64,000 nt of DNA from Albugo candida (GCA_040437565.1 JBDOQK010000036.1:62001-126000); one strand, 5' to 3'; counted from the stretch's first letter, positions 39,597-52,569 are shown. A program made the numbers and translations. Notes: generated by a model from the letters alone, not told the origin.

Positions 39597-42403
39597 CAGC
39601 ACTTTAGATATAATTTGGAAAGTGAGATATATTAAATGTAGGAGGTCCTTAGTTCACTTTACCAGCTAGTCTAAGCCTTCTCGTACTAGACGCCCACAGC
39701 CACTGATTTATTGTCCAATAGCTGAAAGTTGATTAGCCTGATGTGTTCCGCACTGGTTCAGGGACATTAGCTTCAATACTCCCCCTGGACGACAACTTCT
39801 GATCAAGTCCAACATCAAGAATTAATCGTCCAGGGGGAATATTGAAGCTGATGTCCCTGAACCAGTGTGGAACACATCAGGCTAATCAAATTCAGTACTC
39901 TCCCTGGACGATAAATTCTTGTGTTTCACATTCTTCCAACAGTCTGCCTTTTTATGTCCACTTTTGTTACAGTGATAACATTTTCCTTCGAGTTTGTAAG
40001 TCTTTTGAAGAGATTTTCTTGCGTCGAATCTTTCCTACTTCTTCATTGCTACCAATAGTGCATACTCCCGATGCAGCATTTCTTTTGCTTGAAAAAGATC
40101 CATCCCTTGGACATTTTCGATAATTCTGATTATGGGATCGTACTCATCCCAGAGACCCCCAAGCAATATTAGTAATTGCTCATCCATATTAATCACATCC
40201 CTACAAGTTTGCATCGAAAGGCATAATTCATCAAATTTCATAAAATGTTCCATAATATTTTGACTCATTTCCATTCGGAATTCATGAAGTCTTCGCCGGT
40301 TTCGTACTCTGTTGCGTATACTATTTCGAAGGTAAAAATTCTTTAGAATCTCCCATGACTGAGAGGTTGTACAAGCACCTCTGATCATTGTCTGGAGACT
40401 CGGACTGATTGACATTGAAATGATTGCGAAGGCTTCAAGGTCGTTGACTTTCCAGATTACCAAAGCTGCAGGATCTCCTCTGAGTGACTCCGACTACTCA
40501 AGAACCAAACGTATATCTCTATTGCCAATGGAAACAAAGTTTCATCAGGACGCATTGGTACAGTTCCAGTTATTCTGAAAAAGAAAACTCCAATTCGTAT
40601 TGAAAATGTACTATATGCACCAGATTTGGATCGCCGATTGCTATCTATCCCAGCATTAGCAGAAAACGGACTTAATGTCTCTTTTGGAAGAGGAATATGT
40701 CAAATTAGAGACATTGAACGAGTTGTAACTCAAGTCAAAAAAGGGGAAGCTTTATGTGATGTAGTGTGCTATAAATAAATTAGCACTTGTTAGCACTTCT
40801 GGTAAAGAGATACATGATCAACAATTATCAAGTTCCAGCGTATGGCATGCCCGATTGGGACATTTACCTACCAAGAAAATTGAAGCTTTGCAGCACTGCG
40901 TTGATGGTTTCAAGGGTAAAATCTATGCCAAAACGAGAAAGAGACGAAGAAGTCATTTATGAAGGATGTATCAATGGGAATTCTTTTGTGCACCCGTTCT
41001 CAAAGTCATGCTATGGTCAAGTAAAAAGCAAGTCCGTTGTTCAACTTGTACATAGTGACGTAATGGGACCAATGGAAACGAAATCTCAAGTTGGAGCAAG
41101 ATTTATGGTAACTTTCATTGATGATTCCTCTAGGTATGTTGTGTCATCTTTCATTCGACACAAATCTGGAGTGATCGATCGGTTTCTCGATTTCAAAGCA
41201 ATGATGGAGAACCAACTGAATTCAAAAATCAAGTTTATTCGAACCGACAATGGTGGCGAATTTATCAACAATCCATTTGCGAATTTTTGTAAAAGTGCCG
41301 GTATTATACACCAAACAACAGTTCCGTATTCGCCACAGCAAAATGGACTGGCTGAACGAATGAATCGGATCCTATCGGAACGTGCGAGATCCATGATGAA
41401 TCACATGCAAGTAAAGAAGAAGTGGTGGGCTGAAGCCATGAATACCGCAGTTTACATCACAAATCGAGTTCCATGTGCTGCTTACCCAGACAAGACAGCA
41501 TACGAGATGTGTTTTGGGAGCAAGCCATGTCTTACTTGTTTTCATGTATTTGGTGCCCGAGGTTTTGCTCATATTGAGAAGTCACGACGGATGAAGTTGG
41601 ATAAGAAGGCGGTCAAATGTATGTTACTCGGATGTTCGGACAAGATGAAAGGAATCCGCGTATGGAATTCCGAGTCGCAGAAAATCGAGAGTACTCGTTC
41701 AGCGGAATTTCAAGAATTAGCCGAGACAAAATATGTTCAATTTGTTATTGGAGATAAATCATCCGAACAAAATCGAAATGATTGTCAGTGTGACGAAGTA
41801 AGCGAAAAAATACCGATCAGGACAATTCCGCATGTCGAGAGCATGGATGTAGATCCGACTGAAGCGTCAACAAATGCGAACGAAGATTTGACGAGATATT
41901 CGACTCAGGGGCAGCGCTTTTTGAATGCTTACCAGACATCTCCCAACGTCGATATGGATTTTACGGAAGACAATTTTAGCACTATTCAGGCCATTGTGCC
42001 CAGGGGGAGACTGGATAATCTCGAAAGCTACCCGGTTCCTGGAAACCCTCAAATTGGGCTCATAAACTTTTGAGCACTTTAGATAAAATTTGCAAAGTGA
42101 TATATATCAAATGTAGGAGGTCCTTAGTTCACTTTACCAGCTAGTCTAAGCCTTCTTGTACTAGACGCCCACAGTGTTGGATATTCAACATAACGGATGT
42201 GCCGATAAGATGCAGTAGTTTGTAAAGGCTTAGATTAACTGTTAAGTGAACTAAGGACCTAATATAAGTACTTCGGAATTTTAAACTCCCTTGGTGTCGT
42301 TGGTCACAGACAATCTACACACATCCACTAATTCATTGTCTCATAGCTGAAAGTTGATTAGCCTGATGTGTTCCACACTAGTTCAGGGACATCAGCTTGA
42401 ATA
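39597..42403 (-). mobile_element. Rearranged Copia element: minus-strand LTR pair and gag, with a plus-strand pol/integrase block
   Basis: LTR-like direct repeats 39597-39778 and 42071-42403 (the latter with a ~150 bp insert). Minus-strand PBS-like GTTTATGAGCCCA ~42055-42067 and PPT 39779-39792. Gag on minus at 40035-40463; integrase (VHSDVMGPM, RTDNGGEF, PQQNGLAER) on plus at 40500-42040. Confidence 0.8.
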
Positions 42404-45399
42404 CTTAGAAGCACACATTCAAGTACGACAATGATTGATTTCAAATTACGATACGTGACAATTAGACGCATAAAGTAGGAGTCAGAAGTGGAGACCGAAG
42501 GATCCTTTTTTGAAGTGAAAAAACTGCATCAATCTTCGCCAAAAAGATTCATAACAACTATTATGCATGTGCCACATGCACTTGCATTTGTAAAAGTCAG
42601 CAGATATAAAAATACCTATGCCGCGAAAGATTCTCGAAGGGAGGACTTCGACATCAAATTAAGACCTACGATAATGTTATTGATATCACCATTGTAACGT
42701 ATATGTCAGATTTAGCTAGTATATTAGCAAAGCTTCTGCAGAATGCTCTAGCTGAGTACACTTGAAAATAACAACAAAAGCAAAACAGATTGATTAATGG
42801 TCTATAGTACCATTTTCATGCCTTAGCACGCATTTCAAATATCTTCTGCCTGAAATTCTACTCCAGTCGATACTGCTTGACTCCACAATGGTCTGGCCTT
42901 CTATTGGCCCCGCATGCCGAAGACAGATGGTGGCCGCTTTCACGACAAGTTTCTTGAGGCAATCTGAGCCATCACAAGGGAACGATAGTGGCGATTGCAC
43001 ACAGCTCGACAATATAGCACGGAATATGCAGTACCTATTTGGTAGCATTTCTGCAAAGTGTTGTTCCCAACGTAGCATCTTATTCTGGAACAGTTTGTCT
43101 CGGAGATGAGTTCATCAGCTCGATGTGCTTCAGGTTCACAGGTTGCACGTTTGAGTACGTGTTTGGGAAGGTGATTTAGGAGACAGAAAGATACATCACG
43201 ATTGGAAAGCTTTGTGTTCAGCCGGCGCCACCTCTTATGTAAGCCTCCCAGAGTTCGTTAACTGTACTTCACCACCTATGGCAATTAATTCTATTTTTCT
43301 TAGGGCAGATAGCGCTACTATTAGAGCGGAGTAGTTCATGCACGTCCGGGCCACCTTCTCCACCTCATGCATTTCATGATCTAACCTTGTCTGCACAAGA
43401 CAGAGACTTCTTCAAGAGTGACCTTATATTGTCGTAAATGAGTGGTCATATAAGAGGCGATTCAAGGAAGCTCTTCACACGCTCGTTATATTGGAGGGCA
43501 ACTCATTGAACAACTAGACGTGCAACATGATGTTTATACTAAATTGACTGAGCCGATTTGAGAATAAATAATCTATTTCACAAGATATGATAAGGCAAGC
43601 ATAGACTTAAAAAAACGTTTTTTACCTGATCCGTAGTAATGAAGCATCTCGAGTAAAACTTGGGAGCATACAGGTGCATCGTACACATCTCACAAAAAGG
43701 AATGAGTCGAATGAGTGCAATCCAATGCTATACTGCAAAGACGGTTTCTTGTATGCGGTGCTACGTTTTTGATTAATCTTGCAAAGTGTGGCTCACCAAT
43801 GGTCAGAGCTTGGAAGAATCATTTCATCTATTCGTCATTGCATAAAGCAGCTCAAAAAGACTGCATCCGCTGATGCTGTTACGGCAAAGAATGTAGACGG
43901 GAAGAGAACATTCACAAGGGGACTTTGGCACATGGCCGAGTATCGGCAATTGCTTGCGAAAAGACAAATTTAAACATCCTGCATGCCAACAGGAAGGAAA
44001 GAGATGACCGTGCGCAATCCTTTCTTCGGAAATGAAGTAGAGAATAGTGATGACATGTCTTTCATTTGCCGGATGTTTTACAAAATGCAGCAAGTTCCCT
44101 CATTGCAATTCAGTTATTCAATCATGGACAAAGAAAGCAGGTTTATTTTTCTTTCATTGTGATCTGGCAGTCTGCGCCAAGTGGGACAGTATTGAGATCT
44201 CGCTAGGACTCAAGGATTTGATACGTGTGAAATTTCAGATATAGAGGCTGAGCAATGCATGCATGATTACACCTGTACAACACAGATCTTGATTCTCTAG
44301 GCGTTACCTACAGTAAATACTACGCTGGTCCGGAGTTCGAAGACTACACTAGTTTTATTACGTCGCAAGTAGCCGCACTCTTTCGAATCAACATATATAC
44401 TTCATTTGTTCGAGTACTTATGAACAGTGCTGATTCTGTGCAGTTATGCTCTATTGCATAGGTTTCGAGCCTCTTGTCGTGTATTGGGAGCCTTTTTTGC
44501 TCTAATCGTGTATTATCGTATGACCAGTGAGCTTTAGTTTCTTTGCAATACAAGTAGCACGACGAGGGTGGGGACAATATTGATCATTGTGCNNNNNNNN
44601 NNNNNNNNNNNNNNNNNNNNNNNNNNNNNNNNNNNNNNNNNNNNNNNNNNNNNNNNNNNNNNNNNNNNNNNNNNNNNNNNNNNNNNNNNNNNGAACAGTG
44701 CTGATTCTGTGCAGTTATGCTCTATTGCATAGGTTTCGAGCCTCTTGTCGTGTATTGGGAGCCTTTTTTGCTCTAATCGTGTATTATCGTATGACCAGTG
44801 AGCTTTAGTTTCTTTGCAATACAAGTAGCACGACGAGGGTGGGGACAATATTGATCATTGTGCCATCGCCGATGAAAGCCAAATTTTCTCCAATACTCCC
44901 TTATTGAAGTACGTTGGCGCTCGTGACGTGTAGATCTGTTTCAAAATGTTATAATAAACATGTCTTGAGTGTGTGTAAAGCATTTCTTTTAAGACCATTT
45001 GCTTCCATCGTAACGAATCAATCTGAGGCATTATTCGGACTTGAAGGTAGTAAGGTCATTAGCTTAGAAATATCGATATGTTTCCATTAAATCCAAGGCA
45101 GCTTGCATCCATTCTGACTATTATTCGCTTGAAGCGATTTGTTGTTGCCACTAATAGGCGTAGGAAGGTTTCTAAAACTTTTTCAAATTGAACCGAATCA
45201 CAAGGCCGTTGTTCGGGTTGACGCAGTCAAAGTAATTTTTCTGACGTTCATGGAATATAAAATACAAAAACGACTGGGGGCAAAAGCGTTTTCTTATTGA
45301 TGACCATTCAACCATCCTTTTCTGTTGAGAAGACTTTACAAATAGAAACATACATACTTGGCACCAGTTCCAGCTGCCAATATCTACGCACTGTGAAGG

Positions 45400-47500
45400 A
45401 GTCATTATTCTTAGAGCATGCATGATGCAAGCTGCTCATTTAAAAAATGTCAAGCCACTTCTGGAGCCTGCCATAAGTCTTTTAGAAAAGCTGACAAGGA
45501 GTTGGTCAACTCCGAAACAGATTACACATAGAGATTATGCGCCATCAAACAGCGCTCATGGAGGAACGCCTGAGTTCAACATTCATTCAATAATACCAGT
45601 GCCTTACCACCCTGTTGTAATACTAGCAATTATCCCGACTCGTTCATTTGTAACAAATTCCATCAGGTTGAATGTGAGACGAGAGAATTGAGTTAAAGGG
45701 AAATAGAGCGCTGTAAAGTCACGAGCGTTTAGCTTACAGTGACACAGGTAGATGCGCTTAACTCGCACACAAAGAGACTTCCAGGTCAAAACTGTATGGT
45801 TTTAGAACCGAGAGGGTTAAGATCATCCATGCTATGACTGGATTATGTTGTACGTGATTGAGGGAATAAGCAATCGTTTGGGTCAAATGATATATTTCCA
45901 ACGAATTTTATGTATTTGACAAAGTGAATCGATTCGGATTACACCTTTATGTTCACGACCTGAACTGGATTTCATTCTTGTGAAATTCGAGATGGTCTCA
46001 GACTCAAATCATCCCTCTAGCTTTATTTCGTATGACATTCTCATTATTTCTGCACGTGATCATGGAAGTGAGAAAAGATGGCAGTGAAGACGTAACCGAG
46101 GAGATCTCTCAAACCTCTCAAAAAGCGTTCAAAATCGTTTGCTCTGACGCTGTATCAATGCTGCTTGGGACGATTTGAATAGAAGCCACAATCAAAAGTG
46201 TGGTTGAAGACCAAATGGTACTGGTTATACTTGATTGCGATATTTGAAGACGAGATACAGCAACAATATGGGATGAGAGAGAAGTATGGAGACTCAATTC
46301 AATTTTAAACATTCAGCTTTGAGATATGTCTAAAATCATTGAAGATTAAGACCGCAAGCCTCATCATCTGACCATAAGCAACTACATGCCATCGAAAATC
46401 ACAAAACAGTCTTTGTTCTGTCACCTCCCCAGAATACTGTCAATTTACAGTACAAGAGCCCAGTCTAGTGCGCAAGATTAGAAGTAACACTTGCACAGAG
46501 AGTTGAGATTTTATTAAGTTCTTAGATATGTTCGAGGTGCCAATAGAAGAAACTTTGATACATTCTTTCAGCTCACTAGTTGTGCGGCCCGAATATAGCC
46601 CAGTATCAAGATTTCTGATCGGTTGTCCAAATCTGCAGCCAAACAGCATCAGAACTCATCACCGAGAGTGTTTAAAATGAGGCAATCATTTCAGCAGCCC
46701 CATTATGCAGCTCTAAGTAGATGCATAATAGAAAGACGAGGAAAATTGATTGTGGCATGTATGCTCTCATAATTGAAGGAAACAAAAAAAATGCTGCTAC
46801 TGGATTGTGCCGAGGAGAATCCTGAAAAAGCTTTTGAACGAGCACTACAGCAATGTTCAAATTATTGTAATCGAATGTATGGGAGTTTTGGCGAAGGTAT
46901 TTTTCTGTAGTTCTTTGCTTTGTCAACGAGCAACTTCGCCACAAACTATGATATATGTACAAGATTGATGTCAAAAACGATCTAATACGTCGAAAACTTA
47001 TTTAGGTAAGTATATAATACGCTCCCCGAATATTACTGATACTTTCGGAATGACATACGGAGATCATAATCAGAGACGGCTTTCTCTTGTGCATGATAGC
47101 GCTGTATGATCACCGAATCTAATATCTCATTTTACAAACTGCGTGTGAAGAGCTTTGATGGCGATAGATTCATTTGTGATTGTCCGAAGTCCTTCAATAC
47201 CTTCCTTGAAAAGTCTTGTTCAAGTTGAGACAAGCTCGTTATCGTCAAAGCAACGAATGATCGAAAGTATACAAGAGCATACTCCGTTTGCCTGTACTCA
47301 GCAGCAATGCAACATTTTTTCTCACGTCTCTCAGTAAATTATCAGGACTTCCGATCATTGCAGAAACCCAGAAATATGTAAATTGTACGCCATCCATTAG
47401 AGTAAGTGCAGCAAGTCGATCACGCAAAGGCTATCCGTATAATAACTTTGCATATGACGAAACATGTTTTGATTTTTCGAGAATGTGTTTTTGACGAGGC
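45400..47500 (+). pseudogene. Heavily decayed family-B DNA polymerase, apparently intronless
   Basis: Degenerate motifs in the correct order: ExoI-like (H)IE 45525, ExoII-like GF/*NREG*D 45797-45823, ExoIII-like CSDAV 46140, motif A I*PSI 46593-46607, motif B NRMYGSFG 46869-46892, motif C YGD 47056. ExoIII, A and B share one frame. Confidence 0.55.
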
Positions 47501-48185
47501 GGTAAGAGTCTCCCCGTCATAGTCAACATATCAAATGGAATCAGATAGTGTCGCTGGTCACTCACTTGACTAAAACTCGCATCAACAAAATGACCTGCTC
47601 CATTCAGAAAATAATACCATTTACTCCGCGGTAGTGAATAAATCTCGTCATGGCGAATACAGGGAATAATAAAATGATAACAAACTCTGACGAAAAATCT
47701 GAAGCCCCAACGTTTCGGTTTTATACAGCACGCGACTGCATGTGAATGGCAGGGATCTATTGTAAATTTTATTTGTTGTTCTCTGGATGTGATGAATCGA
47801 AGCTGTATTCATAAGGGGGAAGTGGACCGCAAAATGATCAAAATTTTATATCATTATCGATATTAATATATCATCGTGATTTCTTTGACCAGCGTGATTT
47901 GCTGCTGCAATGAATGCTTCAACTTTGTCAGCATATATATGCGAGTAGTTCCCGATTGAATTTAGTGTCGATGGAATTGACAAGGTTAAGCAGAGAGGAA
48001 GCAGCGCGATGATTTTTTTTTCGAAGTTTACGATCTTCCGTTGCTTCTCATACAATCACAGCAATATTATTATTAGCGTATTTGCCATCGCTGAGATCGA
48101 CCTGCTAAATCGTGGTGCCGGTGCATATCAATTTTCACAGTAAAATTGGCGATCACTGTAACTTCAATCAGGCAAAGGAAAGACA

Positions 48186-49065
48186 ATGTCTCATGACAGT
48201 ATTTCCAGCGACAGTAGCAGCTTTATCTCGTCCTCGGATGAATCCCCAAAAGCGAAATCTGGAGTCAGAAAAAAAGCGTGCAAAACTGTACGTTCCAATA
48301 AGTCAAAACAGAACAAGGCCGTAGCAAAACCTGAGGTATCATTGCTGCACATACAAACTTTATTCGTAACATCGTGACGCAGGCCGATATGAGCGATGAG
48401 ATGATCGCCATGAAACAAGTGTTTATGAGAATTTCAAACAAAGTGAGTATCGAATCTATTAAGATAAACGCTTGCTGATTCAAGTTCACAGAAAGCTAAA
48501 CTAAAGGAGGAAAAGCTCAAAGAGTGCAAAAAACAGCAAGTGAAGCTTGACATCCTGTTTTTAAGGTCAAAATCAGGTACTAACTTCAATCTCAGATGCT
48601 TAGAGGTGTTTCAGAACGAAGTAAACCAAATGTTCAAGAAAGCTCTGCGAAGTCGAGACAAAGCGCTCGGCATCTCATTGCATAAAATTAGTGGTTTGAC
48701 GAATCTTCTGCAATCATCTAAGGAAACTTTAAGGTATGACTTCACAACCCATGAATTGGTATACCGTCACGTATTAATTTCTTTCAAGAACACAGCACGG
48801 GGAATATATTGAAGCGTATGGGACTGAATCTGGAAAGCTAAATGCTCACATTGTCGATCTAAAAGATCTCTTGATGTCGGCAGATACGAAATACAATGAG
48901 TTGATAGTGGTGGTGGAACGGGAGTACGAAAAGCTTGAGGAGGAAATCAACGATTCCATCGACGAACTACAAAACAACTTATTGGCCATTTGTTGCGACA
49001 AGTCTTACCTGAATAATTTTCAAAGTCAGATTAAGCGGATACAGTCCAGCACCGAAGCTGCTTAA
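48186..49065 (+). CDS. Multi-exon coiled-coil protein of unknown function
   Basis: S/K-rich first exon ends GAG|gtatca. Further exons have canonical donors (gtgagt, gtatga) and read as a helical coiled coil ending ...FQSQIKRIQSSTEAA*. Confidence 0.6.
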
Positions 49066-49079
49066 TGTTTGCAAAGTAT

Positions 49080-49310
49080 ATGGTACATTCTATTTCATTG
49101 TACCTCATTTTATCACTCGCATCTTCCTTACTTGTTTGTGGTTTGTCTCCGGCCAACGCTTCTGCATCTGCTACTATTAGTACAGCGTCAAAGTGTAGAC
49201 ACCATAATCGATATCGTCATTGTGCTCAATCACTTAGAATTGAAGAAGATGATCGTGATGAAGAAAAGAATGCAATTTTGTTGGTAAAGCAGAGCCCATG
49301 TTCCTCCTGA
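49080..49310 (+). CDS. Short secreted RXLR-like (QSLR-dEER) effector candidate or remnant
   Basis: Signal-peptide-like MVHSISLYLILSLASSLLVCG, QSLR at 49227-49238, then IEEDDRDEEK. Stop follows 13 residues later. Confidence 0.55.
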   Translation: MVHSISLYLILSLASSLLVCGLSPANASASATISTASKCRHHNRYRHCAQSLRIEEDDRDEEKNAILLVKQSPCSS

Positions 49311-50929
49311 TCATTTGTCGCCATCCAGGGAGATATCAAGCCATTTTAATTCAGCATTTAAGAGCTGATCACCGTGACGACGATCACATTATGAGTATCG
49401 CGCTTTAAGAAAGTTCTGTTGTATGGCGTTACAATTATTTATGTTTGTAACTTTAACCAATACTAATGATTTACGTCTTGCGACGGATATGACCAAGAAT
49501 TGATTCTGATCGACTACACGATTTCGGCATGACTTCTAGACGCTCGGAATGATCAGTATTTGGCTATCCGCGAGCGCGAATTCTTTTTTGTTCGCTCGGT
49601 TTCTTTCGTAGAGACCATATAGAACTCTACTGTATGGATCGAAAAGGCGCTTATGCGTGCCTAGAACTTCTTTATGCAACCAGGGTCATTGAAACACATC
49701 AAGTCACGGCAACACGGTAGAAATCGCTATGTCATGTTAGACAGGTTATGTGTCCTGAGAAGGATCTGGCGGATGCGCAATGGCATCCAAGTCGTTCTTC
49801 TTCGCTTGTAATTCGTGAACTTTCATATTCGTCCACATTGAATTCGCTGGTGATACTGTAGAGTGATTAGCATTTTTATCATTAGAGCTGTCGCATGATT
49901 TGATTCCAGCTCTTTCTTGTGCTTGCTGACCAACTTTGCTGTAGAATGGTAGGTAGACATGTAAAACGCCTAATCAAACATAATGATCATAAAAAAGCGA
50001 TTCTAGCGACAATAGATACATACCAATTAATCCGGCGAGTGTACCAACAAAACCTGCCACAACTTTCTGCTCTTTGCGCATCTTGCATGTAAGGAACTGT
50101 ACTTGCCTTAATTGAAGGCTGTTCTTCGTCGAGTTGTCGAGGAGAGTGCAATAGGGCCATTGTAGATGCGAAATGTATTCAGCATATTCACTAGAGCTGC
50201 CGGTGCACGCAGGGGGTCCAAAAAAAAACATGATTAAGAAGGCCATACGTCTATTTTTAATGGAACATGATAAAATCATGCAGGAAATGGTGTACTATAG
50301 ATCACCGCCCCGCTAACGTGCAAAGCCCTCATTAAAAGTAGAGCACCGATCGTAGTATGATGTGAGAATGAGATAAGCTGGGATGTGCAGCTACTATAAC
50401 CGTAACACCTGCCACCTACACACCCGAAATTTGCGATCATGATGGTACTCGAGCGTATCAAAGCCTTGACACGAGAGAATACGACGGTTTGCTTCAAACG
50501 TAAAGAAGGTGGCGCCACAAGTTCTACAGATGTCAACACTGACTGTGCTTCTTATAAAGGTATTTTACGCATCTGTCCGTGCTTACTGCCGCGGCTACCA
50601 TGGCATAGAAAGATTCGATGTCTCGCTTTGTCTCTCGCCAGATAACTAGTCACACCATCCATTCCAACTAAACATTGCAGACGCTTTTGCTTGCGCAACA
50701 AACACGAAGCAGAACACCGCTGCATGAAATGTCATAAACCTAATATAAGCCACGTATACCTCGCCATGCACAGCAGGCTCTATACATGCGCGCGTTGATG
50801 TCATAAAACAAACGCATCGCTGGAATCGTTTGCTCTGCAGCAATAACGAGAGAATCTCAATACAGGTGAGCGAAGTGCAACTCAACCTGTTCACTTTCTT
50901 CTCGAGATTTCTGGACAGAGTTCATGCAA

Positions 50930-52500
50930 TGTGACGTTGCGTGCTGCTGATGATTAGGTAGGCGACAAGGTATCGAAGTTATGATTTAGAACCATGTCTT
51001 TGCCGATAAAGTCGTGCTTCTTCTTTATAAAATCTTCTAGATCTCGCTTCTTGCAATATCGCACTGGACACTATCACTAGGAGCGTTTGATCAACTCGTG
51101 AACAAGGAGGGAAATCTGCACGACGGAAAGATACACTAGACAGGTGTAATTGAGCCAAGTTCCTAGCAGTCGAAGCATTTCTGGACGACCACGTTAGGAA
51201 ATCAACAATTTGGATAGATCATCGAATTCCACATGTTGTAATCTATGCTCGTTTATCCATATGTCGATCTTGATTTGTACACATCTATGTATATGGTAAT
51301 CTCGTACACCACTAGAGGACGCTGAAAGACAAGACTTCACAATCGAAAACCTATATTACAAGATATCGAACTATCGAGTCACAGAGCGCGTGAGAATTCC
51401 ACAAAATAATCCGTGTATTTGACTATATCCTGCATATTTCATTTCAGGGATTTGGACAATCTCAAAAACGGAATAGTTCGAACATCATTAAATCCTCGAG
51501 TTACCTTTTTGGATGATCCTGTGCGTGTTCTACGCGCCAATTCAGTTTGGGGCTCGATTTAGCTTCACATCCAAAAAAAGGTTTGCAAAGCTTCTCTGCT
51601 TGGTGAAGTCAACGATGCTCTCATTCAGAAGGTGCGCTGCGAGCGTGTCGGCAAAGAGTTCATCTTCGTGTCAGGAAATTGTAAAGTGCCTTCAATATGA
51701 TGCACGAAGTGGGCTAGATGCCATCTGAACAATCCCGTATTTTTGGACGAAAGTGATGAGAATGTTCAATCTGATATTTTTGTCCAACAGCGGGATCATA
51801 TATATGAGCGCTGTACAAGAATGCATCATTATCTCAGTACGCATGATGATTCTCTGTAGCCAGAGGAAGACAAAACGGAAGAAGAGAAGGTAAAGCGTTA
51901 CAAATTGATCTTCTGGTCTCGTTTCTACTTCTGTTGTCATCTTACGACGTTATGCTGTCAAAGGAAAAATCAAGGCTTCCATATTACGTTATTAAAGAAT
52001 CTCTGTAGATTGTGTGCTTGCGGGTTCGATACTCTAGCATTGATATAAATAGCTACGAATCGTGATGCTGAAATCATTGATCATGTCATAGTTACAAATT
52101 GTGGAGAGCTGCGAAATGTTGTTCTTGGAGACGATTTGACCACGTGAAGGAAGGAATCTTATCAAGGAAGATCACATTGCTGGGAAAAGTTTGCCCCGAT
52201 GTTGCTTGTATCAGCGAAATAAAAGAATATCGCACAATTTGAGAGCATTGTATTAGCAAAATACGATGCAATCACGACATTAGTCACTACTAGCAATTTC
52301 GATAGAGCGTGGAGCTGAAAGCTTCTTATGACTGTTGGATGTATATGATCAATTACTTCTTGTCGTTTTTCTTTTTTTCAGTGTTGTAGGGAAATCATGC
52401 CATTCGAGTGCTGATGCTTCAGTTGGGCCGGAATTGAAGAAGATTTGGACGAAAGAACATACACAAACTCTGCAAGCATTTCACGAGGCTGTACAACCGT
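50930..52500 (+). pseudogene. CCA-adding tRNA nucleotidyltransferase pseudogene (unprocessed)
   Basis: Fragments LRAADD*VGDK (consensus LRVAGGWVRDK), IALD, *QSKH, EDAERQDFTI, GIVRTSLNPRVTFLDDPVRVLRA and KVRCERVGKE. Contains stops, frameshifts and retained intron-like segments. Confidence 0.85.
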
Positions 52501-52569
52501 GGCGCAGCAAAGCATCGGACCTGATTGCAGGTCGGACCGTGAGAGTGTGCTTCATCTCATAAATTAAGT

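Noticed and set aside
45550-45590. AHGGTPEFNI resembling the bunyavirus L-protein QHGGxREI motif
   Set aside because: No downstream DxxKW, QG or SDD motifs were seen; the surrounding motifs fit family-B DNA polymerase better.
49974-50894. Hydrophobic minus-strand fragments suggesting a membrane-protein pseudogene
   Set aside because: Could not assemble a consistent frame or assign a family.
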